This document shows positions 1 to 10,454 of a stretch of DNA of 56,438 bases, one piece after another. The position numbers and the translations under genes are program-made. The notes beneath the pieces are model-generated. The model did no database searches and had not been told where the DNA came from. It saw only the letters and a program-made list of their open reading frames with translations. Origin of the DNA: Dehalococcoidia bacterium (GTDB lineage: Bacteria > Chloroflexota > Dehalococcoidia > GIF9 > AB-539-J10). Location of the stretch: positions 1 through 56,438 of the forward strand of contig JACUUR010000002.1 in assembly GCA_014859205.1 (NCBI GenBank), in the 5' to 3' direction. The number at the start of each line of letters is the position of its first letter. Within the stretch, counting starts at the first letter, position 1.

Positions 1-1
1 T

Positions 2-1240
2 GTTATTCCCGCAGATGACGGATCATATGATGCTGGCACCCACACCATCACCTGGAGCATCGGCACTGTAGCAGCCGGCACAGGAGGCTCCGTCTCCTTC
101 ACCGCCGACATAGTCTCTCCTCTCGATGACGGCACGGTTATATACAACACCGCCACCATCGACTCCGACCAGACCGACCCCGTCGACACCAATACTAGCG
201 AGACCGAGGTGGAATCTGCCCCCGAGCCTCCACCCACACCACCTGCAGCTGCCCTGGGCGGCACGGGTTGCCCCATGCCCAGACATCTCACGGTTGACTG
301 GGATGAGAACATCTCCACCCGACGCCTCTACTCCAATGATCGTCTGACGGCCGATTTGCTGGGGCCGAGCCCCGACGGCAAGCACAGCCTGCTGCTGGAG
401 CGGTTCACCCTCGCACCCATTGTTGACAGAGAGACGCATTACGTTATTACAGTCAGAGAACTCGAGGAGACCCCTTCTTTGCCGCAGAATACTGCGGCCA
501 TTGCGGCCTTTGAGATCGCTCCGGCGGGAGCTTTATTCGACAGGGATATCTTCCTGACCTTCGGCTTTGACCAACTTCCCGACAATGCTGTAGAGGGCAC
601 CCTGCGGATGGCCTATTATGATGATGACGCCGGACTCTGGGAACCGATCGAGAGTGAGCCCGGACAGCCCAACGGTGTGGCAGAACTGACCTTGACCGCA
701 CCCCTGACTCACTTCAGCATCTACGGCGTGCTCGTCGACGTTGCACCACCAACTCCTCTCCTGCCCGCCACCTTCGTGGCCAGCGACCTGACCATTGAGC
801 CCAGCGTGGAACGAATATGGGAGCCGGTCACTTTCGTGACCAGGACCGGCGAGACCACCACTGTCACCGCCAGAATCGCCAACGAGGGCGGCGCGGCAGG
901 CACCTACACCGTTGCGCTGAAGCTGAACGGACAGACGATGGACACCAGGACGCTGACACTGAGTGCCGGGCAGAGCCAGCAGGTGACCTTCACCGTGTCG
1001 GGCCTTGATCCCGGGCAGTACGAGGTGGAGGTCGCCCAGTTGAGCGACAGCTTCACGGCGTCGCGGACCATCAACTGGCCGACCCTGATAATCGTCATAG
1101 TGGTGATCGGGCTGATCAGCGGGGCCGTGGTCTGGGCCGTAAGAAGGAGAAAAGCAAGGCAAGAGCAAAAGGCGATAGCCGGCGCGCAGGCACGGCTATC
1201 GCCCTCCAACCCCCACCCCATCTACTATATGTTCATGTAG
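2..1240 (+). CDS. Cell-surface protein, 5' end cut by the window edge; Ig/CARDB-like domain and C-terminal membrane anchor
   Basis: Frame 2 is open from the window edge (VIPADDGSYDAGTHTITWSIGTVAAGTGGSVSF...), so the GTG at 209 is probably internal. CARDB-like segment TVTARIANEGGAAGTYTVALKLNGQ...GQYEVEV. C-terminal hydrophobic helix LIIVIVVIGLISGAVVWAV followed by RRRK. Confidence 0.6.
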   Translation, partial: VIPADDGSYDAGTHTITWSIGTVAAGTGGSVSFTADIVSPLDDGTVIYNTATIDSDQTDPVDTNTSETEVESAPEPPPTPPAAALGGTGCPMPRHLTVDWDENISTRRLYSNDRLTADLLGPSPDGKHSLLLERFTLAPIVDRETHYVITVRELEETPSLPQNTAAIAAFEIAPAGALFDRDIFLTFGFDQLPDNAVEGTLRMAYYDDDAGLWEPIESEPGQPNGVAELTLTAPLTHFSIYGVLVDVAPPTPLLPATFVASDLTIEPSVERIWEPVTFVTRTGETTTVTARIANEGGAAGTYTVALKLNGQTMDTRTLTLSAGQSQQVTFTVSGLDPGQYEVEVAQLSDSFTASRTINWPTLIIVIVVIGLISGAVVWAVRRRKARQEQKAIAGAQARLSPSNPHPIYYMFM

Positions 1241-1252
1241 AAGTTGTATGGC

Positions 1253-1741
1253 TCAGGCTTCTCGAGCAACATCATAGAGATCGTCGGGGCTCTCTAGATG
1301 GTCGATGTATAAGACCCCTTCGAGATGCTCGATCTCCTGCTCGAGAGCCTGAGCCAGAAGCCCCTGGCCTTTGATACGAAACCATTTGCCCTGCCGGTCC
1401 TGTGCCTTGACCCTCACGGTCACCGCCCTCTTTATCTCCCCAACGTAGCCCGGGATGGACAGGCAGCCTTCCTGCACCGGTCGCTCGCCTTCCTTCTTCA
1501 CTATCTCAGGGTTGATCAGGACTATGGGTTCTCCGGGTTCTGCCTCAGGCAACTCGATCACCGCCACACGAAGCGGCACTCCCACCTGCGGTGCGGCCAG
1601 GCCGGCCCTGTTCGGCTCCGCCCGTACGGTCTCGATCATATCGTCGATCAGCTTCTGAACCGACGCATCGATCCTGGTCACCTTCCTGGCTCGCCGGCGC
1701 AGGATGGGGTCCGGTAGTGTGCGAATCTGTAAGATTGCCAT
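1253..1741 (-). CDS. def: Peptide deformylase family protein with variant QEIEH in place of the HEXXH metal motif
   Basis: 162 aa. PDF motifs GLAAPQVG and EGCLSIPG are present. The third motif reads EQEIEHLEG, with codon CAG (Gln) at 1337-1339 where the first His is expected. Confidence 0.8.
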   Translation of the reverse strand: MAILQIRTLPDPILRRRARKVTRIDASVQKLIDDMIETVRAEPNRAGLAAPQVGVPLRVAVIELPEAEPGEPIVLINPEIVKKEGERPVQEGCLSIPGYVGEIKRAVTVRVKAQDRQGKWFRIKGQGLLAQALEQEIEHLEGVLYIDHLESPDDLYDVAREA

Positions 1742-1989
1742 GCTTCTCTGGAGAACGGGTCCCGATCTCCCCCCGGCTGCAATTATACTACTGCCAGCTA
1801 AGGAAAATCACTTTCGAGGTGCGGGGCGGCTCCCCAATGTCGCCCGCGAGGAGATACCAGCCGCCGAACCTCCGGAAGGCTATCTTCCATTGACAGACAA
1901 TAGCTTCTACCCTACCATTACCGTGTCGTGAAGCCCCACCCCTCGATCGCACCAGCCTGCAAGAGGCAGCTTCCGGGGGCTGTTCCACC

Positions 1990-3474
1990 ATGAAGGCCAG
2001 ACCACACGAGTTTGCCGCCATCTTCCGACCGAAGTCGCACGCGGTTATAGGGGCGTCGGCCGATGAGACCAAATTCGGCGGCCTGTTCCTGAGGGCGCTG
2101 CTGACCTTCGGCTACCCGGGCAGGCTTTACCCTGTCAATCCCGGGGAGACGAATATATTCGGGCTGAAGACGTTTGCCCGTGTGGCGGACATACCAGACC
2201 CTGTGGAGTTCGCCACCATAACCACGCCCGCGCCCACCGTGCCGGCCATCGTGGAGGAATGCCTGGCCGGGGGCATCAAGGCCGTCCAGATTCTCAGTTC
2301 AGGCTTCAGAGAGGCAGGTCCTGAAGGACAACGGCTGGAGGAACAGATCGCAGCCACGGCCGCCAGAGGCATTCGCGTTATCGGGCCCAACTGCTTCGGC
2401 GTGTACTCCCCGGCCGGCGGCCTGACCATACTGCCCGGAGCAGCACTGCCCCGTGACAGCGGCACGGTTGCCCTCATCAGTCAAAGCGGCGGGTATGCCA
2501 TCCGCGGGGCAGAACGGGCGTGCGGCTGGGGCATCCGCTTCAGTCAGGTCGTCAGCTATGGCAATGGCTGTGACATCAACGAATGCGATCTGCTGGAATA
2601 CTTCTGCCATGACCCCAACACGAAGATAATGCTAAGCTACATAGAAGGCCCCCGGCAGGGACGGCGTTTCTTCGAGCTTCTCAGGCAGGCCTGCAGAACC
2701 AAGCCGGTGATACTCTGGAAGGGGGGCCTGACCGGAGGGGGAGCGCGGGCCGTGGCCTCTCATACCGGGTCCCTGGCCGCCGACGAAACGGTCTGGGACG
2801 CGCTTTTCCGCCAGACCGGCGCGGTAATGGTCAAGAGCCTTGACGAGATGATCGACACCGCACTGGCCTTCCTGCACTTGCCGCACTACAGCGGCCGACG
2901 CCTGGCCGTGATCGGCGGCGGAGGGGCAATCGGCGTGGCGGCGGCCGATGCCTGCGAGATGGGAGGCCTCTCGGTGCCCCAGTTCTCATTGGAACTGCAG
3001 AGTAGGCTGGAGGCCATGCTGCCCCCGGCCGGCGCCAGTACGCGTAACCCGGTGGATATGGGCAGTCCCTTCCCCCTGCCGTCTGCGTTCAGATCGGTGC
3101 TGGAAACGGTGCTGTCCGAAGGAGAGGTGGACCTGGTCGTAGTCAGCGAACTGTCCCTGTCAGTGGCCGGCCCAGCCATGGCGAGGCGGATGGGAGATTC
3201 CGGACTGCATTCCCTCCTGGCAGGCGCTGTGGCCGAGTCGGCACAGGTGCCAGTCGAGTTGAGGAGGAAGTGGGACAGACCGCTGGTGATGGTGCTACCC
3301 GTGGAATCCGTGTCGGCGGATGACATCGAGGCGGAGGAAGGCCGGCGCAAGGTGGCCGACTACTATCTCAGCCAGGGCATTCCGGTCTTTCTCTCGCTGG
3401 AGCGGGCGGTGAGGGCGCTGGCCAATGTCAGCGGCTACTATGAGCGACGCGAGACCCTGGCATCAGGTGAATGA
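1990..3474 (+). CDS. CoA-binding, ADP-forming acyl-CoA synthetase alpha-like protein (no ATP-grasp beta part)
   Basis: 494 aa. N-terminal CoA-binding Rossmann VIGASADETKFGG, IGPNCFG and SQSGG motifs typical of the NDP-forming acyl-CoA synthetase / succinyl-CoA synthetase alpha fold. No ATP-grasp domain seen in it or in its neighbours. Confidence 0.7.
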   Translation: MKARPHEFAAIFRPKSHAVIGASADETKFGGLFLRALLTFGYPGRLYPVNPGETNIFGLKTFARVADIPDPVEFATITTPAPTVPAIVEECLAGGIKAVQILSSGFREAGPEGQRLEEQIAATAARGIRVIGPNCFGVYSPAGGLTILPGAALPRDSGTVALISQSGGYAIRGAERACGWGIRFSQVVSYGNGCDINECDLLEYFCHDPNTKIMLSYIEGPRQGRRFFELLRQACRTKPVILWKGGLTGGGARAVASHTGSLAADETVWDALFRQTGAVMVKSLDEMIDTALAFLHLPHYSGRRLAVIGGGGAIGVAAADACEMGGLSVPQFSLELQSRLEAMLPPAGASTRNPVDMGSPFPLPSAFRSVLETVLSEGEVDLVVVSELSLSVAGPAMARRMGDSGLHSLLAGAVAESAQVPVELRRKWDRPLVMVLPVESVSADDIEAEEGRRKVADYYLSQGIPVFLSLERAVRALANVSGYYERRETLASGE

Positions 3475-3643
3475 TGGCCTCCTGGCAAGGACGATTGACC
3501 TTGTCCAGATTCGGGATGTAAAATCAGGCTCCAGGATGACAGGACGGAGCCCGATCGCGCCGTGTGACAATCAGTGTCCGGCGACCGCCCTCTACCAGGA
3601 ACTGGCTCTGTACACTGAAACTAATCGCTGAAGGGGGATAGAG

Positions 3644-4447
3644 ATGATCAATCAGGACGCGGTCCGAGTCGATATCAAGGACAACACAGCTACGGTGATG
3701 CTCAACCGGCCGGAGGTGCTGAATGCCTTCAACCGGGACGTCTTCCTGGGGCTGCAACGGGCAGCCAGGGAGATTAAGGAGAACCCTGAGGTGAGAGTGG
3801 CGATAATGACCGGCGCCGGCGAGAAGGCCTTCAGCGCCGGACTGGACCTGAAGATGGCGGCCTCGGGAGGCGGTCTGGCCGACATCTTCCCCCAGTACCG
3901 GCAGGGCTATGACCTGCTCTACGGCCTGAAGACCATCTTCACCGCCTACGAAGAGTTGCCGGTACCGGTTATCGCCGCCATAAACGGCTACTGCCTGGGG
4001 GCTGCCATGGAACTGATACTCTGCTGCGACATGCGCCTGGCCTGCGAGGAGGCCGTGTTCGCCCTTCCTGAGATTCAGCTGGGGGTCATCCCCGACCTGG
4101 GCAGCACGCAGAGGCTGCCCCGCATCGCAGGCCCCGGCATTGCCAGGGAACTCATCCTTACCGGCCGCAGGATCGATGCCGCCGAAGCCCTCCGGGTGAG
4201 GCTGGTGGACCACGTATACCCGAAGGACCAGCTCATGCTCGAGGCCAGGAAGTTGGCCGACGAAATAGCGGCGATCGATCCGCTGCTGATTCAGGGCGCC
4301 AAGAGGGCGACCACGCTGGCGCTGTCAACGCCGCTGGACGTAGGGCTACGCATGGAAACCGACATCTGCCTGGGCTCCGGCAGCGGGGCGACCATAGGGG
4401 CGGCCGCCAAGACCTTCGCCGACAAGCACGAACGCCCGACCAAATAG
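3644..4447 (+). CDS. Enoyl-CoA hydratase/isomerase (crotonase) family protein
   Basis: 267 aa. [29 protein letters not shown] and [10 protein letters not shown] crotonase signatures. GGGGA RBS upstream of the ATG. Confidence 0.85.
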   Translation: MINQDAVRVDIKDNTATVMLNRPEVLNAFNRDVFLGLQRAAREIKENPEVRVAIMTGAGEKAFSAGLDLKMAASGGGLADIFPQYRQGYDLLYGLKTIFTAYEELPVPVIAAINGYCLGAAMELILCCDMRLACEEAVFALPEIQLGVIPDLGSTQRLPRIAGPGIARELILTGRRIDAAEALRVRLVDHVYPKDQLMLEARKLADEIAAIDPLLIQGAKRATTLALSTPLDVGLRMETDICLGSGSGATIGAAAKTFADKHERPTK

Positions 4448-4518
4448 CGTTGGAGTGTCTGCCTCACACGTACGCGCCACCTGTGCTGCCGCGCCGCTCC
4501 ACAAACACGGGCCGTGCC

Positions 4519-5502
4519 CTACCTGGTGATACGGGTGCCGGTTCTGCCCTCATGCCCACCCAACGCCGTCTCAGGCAGGGTGATGACCACCTCCCGCTCC
4601 CGCGACGGGTCGGTCTCCTCCAGGAACATTATGGCCGCCCCGATCTTGGGCTCCATGCTGCCCCTGCCGAACTGGCCCTCCGCCAGCAGCTTCTTTGCCT
4701 CGGCAACGGTCAAGGTGCTCAAAGCCTTCTGCTCAGGCGTGGCGAAATCGAGGTATACATGCTCCACAGCGGTAAGGATAAACAACACATCGGCGTCTAT
4801 CTCAATGGCCAGCCGTGCAGAGGCGTAGTCCTTGTCGATCACGGCCTCAACTCCTCGCAGATTCCGATTCGGCTCTCTGACCACGGGGATGCCGCCCCCA
4901 CCAACAGCCACCACTATCTCGCCGGCGTCCAGCATGCTCTTGATGATCCTGGCCTGCTGAATGTGAACCGGCAAAGGTGAGGCGACTACCCGTCTATACC
5001 CGCGGGCACTGTCCTCGACGATATGCCAGCCCTTGTCGCGGCGTAGACGCTCTGCCTCGCTGTCGGAGTAGAAGGGGCCGATGGGCTTGGAGGGGTGCGT
5101 GAAGGCAGGGTCGTTCTCATCAACGACCACCTGGCTTACAACTGTGGTGATCTTATAGGGTCGTCCCGCCTGCCTCAAGGCGTTGGCCAGGGTGTTCTGA
5201 ATCATGTAGCCGATAAACCCCTCGGTGGCGGCTCCGCAGATATCAAGCGGCAACGGCGGCACCTGGGCCTCGGCAATCTCGCTGGCCAAAAGCAGGTTGC
5301 CCACCTGCGGCCCGTTGCCGTGAGTGATGACGATACGGGTTCCGCCGCCAAACAAGCCCAGCAACTCGTCAGCGGTGCGCCTCAGATTGGCATACTGCTC
5401 CTCGACAGTTCCCTTTTCCTTAGCCCTCAGGATGCAGTTGCCTCCCAGTGCAATGACAAAGGTCTTCGGGTTCTTCTCAGACATTCTCTCTTCCTCGCTC
5501 AA
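4519..5502 (-). CDS. arcC: Carbamate kinase
   Basis: 327 aa. IALGGNCIL and ITHGNGPQVG N-terminal motifs and overall collinearity with the carbamate kinase / amino-acid kinase family. Confidence 0.85.
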   Translation of the reverse strand: MSEEERMSEKNPKTFVIALGGNCILRAKEKGTVEEQYANLRRTADELLGLFGGGTRIVITHGNGPQVGNLLLASEIAEAQVPPLPLDICGAATEGFIGYMIQNTLANALRQAGRPYKITTVVSQVVVDENDPAFTHPSKPIGPFYSDSEAERLRRDKGWHIVEDSARGYRRVVASPLPVHIQQARIIKSMLDAGEIVVAVGGGGIPVVREPNRNLRGVEAVIDKDYASARLAIEIDADVLFILTAVEHVYLDFATPEQKALSTLTVAEAKKLLAEGQFGRGSMEPKIGAAIMFLEETDPSREREVVITLPETALGGHEGRTGTRITR

Positions 5503-5555
5503 GCCTGACCGCGATTGAGCTGGATCGTGCCAGGCAATGCGCCATGCCGGCTCCT

Positions 5556-6899
5556 CTAAGACAGCGACAGCGTCCCGCAGAACTCGGATATCACTTCCGC
5601 TAGGCCGGGGGTCCCAATCTCCTCGAGCTCATAGAAAACCCGCGTGCTTGGTCTCTTTATGTCGATTATCCGGCCCAGGTCGATGGGCGTAGCCACAACC
5701 ACCGCGTCGCAGTCGGTGCGGTTGATGGTGGCCTCCAGATGCTTGAGCTGCTCCGCTCCGTAACCCGTAGCAGGCAGAAGCGCGCCGATGTTAGGATAGC
5801 TACGGAAGGCCTCGGCTATGCTCCCAACGGCGTACGGCCTGGGATCCACCATCTCTGCCGCGCCGAACCGACGAGCGGCCACAGTGCCCGCGCCATATGA
5901 CATACCTCCGTGAGTCAGCGTGGGGCCATCCTCGACCACAAGCACCCTCTTGCCTTCAATCAGCTTGGGGTCATCGACCCGGATCACAGACGCAGCGTCG
6001 ATAACCACTGCCTTCGGGTTTGAGCTGGCGATGCTCTCACGTACCTTCTGGACATTCTCGGGTGCGGCGCTATCGATCTTGTTGATGACTATCACATTGG
6101 CCATGCGCAGGTTGATCTCGCCTGGATAATACGAAAGCTCATGGCCGGGCCGGTGGGGGTCAGCAACGGTCATCATCAGGTCGGGACGGTAGAACGAAAA
6201 GTCGTTGTTCCCGCCATCCCAGACTATGACATCACAGCCCTTGGGATCGTCCTCCGCGGCCTTCAGTATGGCCGCGTAGTCGACCCCGGCGTATACGACT
6301 GTGCCCTGTTCCACATGCGGCTCGTACTCCTCTATCTCCTCGATGGTGCAGTTGTGCTTCTGCATGTCGCCCAGTTCGGCAAAGCGCTGCACCCGCTGGC
6401 TGACCAGGTCTCCGTAGGGCATGGGGTGACGCACCGCCACAACCTTCAGCCCCCTGTCTTTGAGCAGCCCTATGATCCGTCTCGAAGTCTGACTCTTGCC
6501 GGCACCTGTTCTGACGGCACACACCGCGATCACAGGCTTCCTGCTCTGGAGCATGGTGTGCTGCAGGCCGAGCATCATGTAGTCGGCTCCAGCGGCGTTG
6601 ACTATTGCGCCAATGTGCATGACATGCTGATAGGAAACGTCGCTATAGGCGAAAACGCACTGATCTGCGTGCAGTCGCTTTATCAGATGGGGCAGTTCCT
6701 CTTCCGCGTAGACGGGGATTCCGTCCGGATAAAGGTGTCCGGCCAGCTCGGACGGGTACTTCTTCCCGGATATGCCGGGTATTTGCCGGGAGCCGGTGAA
6801 GCCCACCACGTTGTATTCTTCATTGTCCCTGAAATAGACATTGAAGTTGTGGAAGTCCCTTCCTGCTGAGCCGAGAATGATGACGTTCTTCTTGGGCAT
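5556..6899 (-). CDS. P-loop protein of the cyclic 2,3-diphosphoglycerate synthetase-like (CPGS-like GTPase) family
   Basis: 447 aa. N-terminus KKNVIILGSAGRDFHNFN and Walker A RTGAGKSQTS. This resembles proteins usually annotated cyclic 2,3-diphosphoglycerate synthase. Family assignment is from memory, not from a search. Confidence 0.5.
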   Translation of the reverse strand: MPKKNVIILGSAGRDFHNFNVYFRDNEEYNVVGFTGSRQIPGISGKKYPSELAGHLYPDGIPVYAEEELPHLIKRLHADQCVFAYSDVSYQHVMHIGAIVNAAGADYMMLGLQHTMLQSRKPVIAVCAVRTGAGKSQTSRRIIGLLKDRGLKVVAVRHPMPYGDLVSQRVQRFAELGDMQKHNCTIEEIEEYEPHVEQGTVVYAGVDYAAILKAAEDDPKGCDVIVWDGGNNDFSFYRPDLMMTVADPHRPGHELSYYPGEINLRMANVIVINKIDSAAPENVQKVRESIASSNPKAVVIDAASVIRVDDPKLIEGKRVLVVEDGPTLTHGGMSYGAGTVAARRFGAAEMVDPRPYAVGSIAEAFRSYPNIGALLPATGYGAEQLKHLEATINRTDCDAVVVATPIDLGRIIDIKRPSTRVFYELEEIGTPGLAEVISEFCGTLSLS

Positions 6900-7047
6900 G
6901 GTCTTGTTCCTCCTATAGTTCTATTCTCCGGGCCGGAAACAACAATCTTACCATATTCCGTCCCTTTGGCAAGGCCGAATCGCCCGAGGCCAAAGGCCTG
7001 ATCGTTCAGAAGCGCGGTTGCTTCAGATACGGTCAGAGGTTATACTA

Positions 7048-8040
7048 ATGTCCACACGCATGACTTGTACGCTCGCTATCGAGAGCCTTGATGATGTTGC
7101 GTCCTCTTGGCATAAGTGGCGTCACTGTCTGAAGTGGGGATCCGTTTTCGTCATTCCCGCCTGGCTGAGAGCCTGGTGGCAGGCATTCGGTGGCGGGGCT
7201 GAGCCGTATCTGCGGGTGATGAGGGAAGGGAACGAAGTCATCGGCTTTGCTCCGCTCCAGATCAAGGAGAAGACGGCCTCTTTTGTCGGCAGCCCCGACG
7301 TGTGCGACTACCTGGACTTCGCCGTCGCGCCTGACAGGGAGAACGATTTCTTTGAGATGCTGCTCGACGACCTGAACGAGGGGGGCGTCAGAAGACTGGA
7401 ACTGGCTCCCGTGCGTTCCGACTCAACCGTGCTTATTCACCTTGCAGGCATGGCCCGCAGCCGGGGATATCAGGTGCTGAGCAGACCGGAGGACGTTTCC
7501 CTGGAACTGGACCTGCCCGCTACGTGGGATGACTATCTGGCAGTACTGGACAAGAAGCAGCGCCACGAAGTGAGGCGCAAGCTGAGGCGCTTGTGGGAGA
7601 CGGAGGATGTGGAATACCGCTGTCTGGCAGCCGATGCGGACGTCGAGCAGCATGTGGACGTCTTCCTGAGGCTCTTCGCGCTGAGCGACGATGACAAGGC
7701 CAGCTTCATGAATAGCCGGATGGAATCATTCTTCAGGTTGCTGGCCTTGGCCATGGCTGAGGTCGGGCTGCTGAGATTAGGCATCCTCCGCGTGGGCGAT
7801 GTGCCGGCGGCGATGACCATGGGTTTTGACTACGATGGCTCGCATTACCTGTACAATAGCGCCTATGACCCGCAGTTCAGCCGCTTGAGCGTGGGACTGC
7901 TATGCAAGGTCCTCTGCCTCAAGGACAGCATCGAGAGAGGCGGGGGCAAATGGGACTTTCTGAAAGGCAGTGAGCCGTATAAGTACCGGCTCGGCGGCCG
8001 TGAAGTGCCCCTTCATAGCTGTGACATAACCACCGGATGA
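7048..8040 (+). CDS. GNAT-fold acetyltransferase, CelD/FemAB-like (Acetyltransf_6-type)
   Basis: About 330 aa. C-terminal GSEPYKYRLG motif and overall CelD-like pattern. ATG at 7048 has GAGGT upstream and is preferred over the TTG at 7018. The stop overlaps the next gene as ATGA. Confidence 0.6.
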   Translation: MSTRMTCTLAIESLDDVASSWHKWRHCLKWGSVFVIPAWLRAWWQAFGGGAEPYLRVMREGNEVIGFAPLQIKEKTASFVGSPDVCDYLDFAVAPDRENDFFEMLLDDLNEGGVRRLELAPVRSDSTVLIHLAGMARSRGYQVLSRPEDVSLELDLPATWDDYLAVLDKKQRHEVRRKLRRLWETEDVEYRCLAADADVEQHVDVFLRLFALSDDDKASFMNSRMESFFRLLALAMAEVGLLRLGILRVGDVPAAMTMGFDYDGSHYLYNSAYDPQFSRLSVGLLCKVLCLKDSIERGGGKWDFLKGSEPYKYRLGGREVPLHSCDITTG

Positions 8041-9338
8041 AGAGAAAGGAGCGCGAAGATCTGATGCCCGGAACTGAACTAAGAATAGCCATGCTCAGTG
8101 CCCATAGCTGCCCCGTGGGCAAGCTGGGGACCAGGGACACGGGCGGCATGAGCGTCTACATCAGGGAGCTCGCCTGCGAACTGGGCAAGCTGGGTCATAC
8201 GGTGGACATCTATACCCGCGTTCACGACCCCGAAGACCGCCAGATCTATGAGCTGGGTCCTAATGCACGGCTGATTCACCTCAGGGCAGGAGAGGACGAG
8301 GAGATACATAAGCTGGCGGTATACTCCCATCTGCCCGACTTTGTGGACAGCCTGGAGGCGTTCAGGCATGAGAGCAAGCTGCGCTACGACCTGATATTCA
8401 GCCATTACTGGCTATCCGGGCTGGCGGGAACAAGTCTGCAGCAAAGCTGGCACGTTCCCCATATTACCATGTTCCACACGTTAGGGGCGGTGAAGAACGC
8501 GGTCAGGGAAGAGACCTGCGCCGCGCATGGGGAGGACGAGCCCGCGCTGCGCATTGAGGCAGAACGGGACCTGGTGCAAAGCTGCCACCGTATCATCGCT
8601 TCGACCGATACCGGCAGGCAGGAGCTTGTCAATTACTACGCCGCAGCACCGGAGAAGATCAGCGTGGTGCCCTGCGGCGTGAATCTGCAGCAGTTCAGGC
8701 CGCTGGACAAAGGGCAGGCCAGACACCGCCTGGGCCTTGCCCCTGCTGACGGTAGCGGACGGAATGGGGATAAGATCGCACTGTTTGTGGGCAGAATGGA
8801 CCCCTTAAAGGGCATAGACAAGCTGATAAGCGCCCTGCCATACCTGGGCGATATTGAGGGACTGAGGCTGGTGGTAATCGGGGGTGATGAGCATACCGGT
8901 CATGAACTGGACGACCTCCGCCAGCTAGCCTGCGATCTCAAGGTAAAGGATTCAGTTGATTTCCTGGGTCTGGTGAAGCATGAGCAACTGCCCCATTATT
9001 ACAGCGCGGCTGACGTATGCGTCGTTCCCTCCTATTACGAGAGCTTCGGACTGGTAGCTCTGGAAGCTCTGGCCTGCGGCACACCGGTGGTGGCCACCGA
9101 TGTAGGCAACCACAGACATGTCATCCGCCAGGGAGAGACCGGGTATGTGATAGCGGACAACCACCCCCGATCTGTTGCCCGAGGCATGGCCCTGTTCCTC
9201 TCCCAGCCCGACCAAGGAAACGGCACGGCTGGTACGACTAGAGCCACAGTACGTGAATTCGGCTGGCCGTACATTACGGAGGCGATCAGCAAGGAGTGCC
9301 GGCAGGCAACGACCGACTATCTTAGGACATGCTCGTAA
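8037..9338 (+). CDS. GT4-family retaining glycosyltransferase, MshA / sucrose-phosphate-synthase-like N-terminus
   Basis: 433 aa. RIAMLSAHSCPVGKLGTRDTGGMSVYIRELACELGKLGHTVDIYTR closely follows the MshA/SPS-type N-terminal pattern. C-terminal ESFGLVALEALACGTPVV is an EX7E motif. Confidence 0.8.
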   Translation: MKRKEREDLMPGTELRIAMLSAHSCPVGKLGTRDTGGMSVYIRELACELGKLGHTVDIYTRVHDPEDRQIYELGPNARLIHLRAGEDEEIHKLAVYSHLPDFVDSLEAFRHESKLRYDLIFSHYWLSGLAGTSLQQSWHVPHITMFHTLGAVKNAVREETCAAHGEDEPALRIEAERDLVQSCHRIIASTDTGRQELVNYYAAAPEKISVVPCGVNLQQFRPLDKGQARHRLGLAPADGSGRNGDKIALFVGRMDPLKGIDKLISALPYLGDIEGLRLVVIGGDEHTGHELDDLRQLACDLKVKDSVDFLGLVKHEQLPHYYSAADVCVVPSYYESFGLVALEALACGTPVVATDVGNHRHVIRQGETGYVIADNHPRSVARGMALFLSQPDQGNGTAGTTRATVREFGWPYITEAISKECRQATTDYLRTCS

Positions 9339-10279
9339 CAACAGATGCCGGCCTGAACCTCAAAACCCAGCGACCGGTACAGGACGCAGGCGGCCCGGTT
9401 CTCGCGGTCCACGGTCAACTCGGCGACCTCCAGACCTTTGTCCTTCACGCGGCTTAACCCGGCCAGCAGCAGTCGGCTGCCTATTCCTCTCCCTCTATAG
9501 TCCGGATCTACTCCCACCATCAATATCCGCCCCTTTCTGGCGCTGGGCGCCCCCTGCTCGCAGCTGGTAACTGTCCAGCAATAGCCGATGGCCCTACCTT
9601 CCCGGTAGACCATGACTATATCCGCCGGCGAACAGCCGTTCGATCGGGTGCCAAAAGCTATCTCCTCTACCGTATTCGGACTATAACCCCAGGCGCCGGC
9701 AAAGGCACGGTTCTGAAGCTGAGTAAGCTGTTCTTCGTCGCCCGGCTGTAGGCAGCGCCACATCAACCCCACCGAGTCAACGTCACCACCCCGGGATGAA
9801 GGCGGCGCCTTCTTAGCAGTCTCGGTCGCACCGGACAGGTCCAGCCTCAGCTCCAGAAACCGCCTCACAGGGATGAATCCCAGTCTCGATAGCACTGCGC
9901 CTGCCACCAAGTTGTCCTCCCTGACGTCCACGTGGGCCACCCTGGCTCCCGATCCTCCGGCCCAGGCCGCAGCATGACTGAGCAGTTCCCTGGCCAGTCC
10001 CTTCCTGCGGTGCTCGGGGGCCACCCAGCAGTCAAGAACCACCCGCCGGATAGCCAGTTCCCGCCTTACGTCCATATAGCCGGCAATGTCCCGGTTCCAG
10101 AGGATGAACAGGTCGTGTTCAGGAGAATAGTTTGGCCGCTGCAGCTGTTCAGCGACGCAATGGGGCAAGACACAGCGTCCGGTCGGGTCCAGGGCCTCGG
10201 CTCTGGCAAGCAATCGCAGATAACTCTCAAAATCTGAAGGCCGGTAATTCCTGATCTCGGCACTAACCTCGTTGATCAT
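9317..10279 (-). CDS. Tandem-GNAT N-acetyltransferase (MshD-like two-domain architecture)
   Basis: 320 aa with two GNAT cores: VAPEHRRKGLARELL and VDPDYRGRGIGSRLL, each followed by a NxxAxxLYxxLGF-like tail. The 3' end overlaps the GT4 gene tail-to-tail by 22 nt. Confidence 0.7.
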   Translation of the reverse strand: MINEVSAEIRNYRPSDFESYLRLLARAEALDPTGRCVLPHCVAEQLQRPNYSPEHDLFILWNRDIAGYMDVRRELAIRRVVLDCWVAPEHRRKGLARELLSHAAAWAGGSGARVAHVDVREDNLVAGAVLSRLGFIPVRRFLELRLDLSGATETAKKAPPSSRGGDVDSVGLMWRCLQPGDEEQLTQLQNRAFAGAWGYSPNTVEEIAFGTRSNGCSPADIVMVYREGRAIGYCWTVTSCEQGAPSARKGRILMVGVDPDYRGRGIGSRLLLAGLSRVKDKGLEVAELTVDRENRAACVLYRSLGFEVQAGICCYEHVLR

Positions 10280-10454
10280 GGTTGACTGACATACGCCACC
10301 CCCGACTCCACCTCAACCTCCGGCGAACCGGCGCTAACGCCCGCAGGCACATCGACCTGCTTTGCCGGTCCTAATTGTAGCAAGGTGAGACGTATCAGAC
10401 AATTTCGACCGGGGCGGACTTTTCAAGACCCGGCCAAGCGCGACAGCCGGAGCA

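Noticed and set aside
3524-6869. Long antisense ORFs 3524-4213 (-), 4450-4980 (+), 5095-5508 (+) and 6141-6869 (+)
   Set aside because: They lie opposite well-supported crotonase, carbamate kinase and CPGS-like genes, and show no domain signatures.
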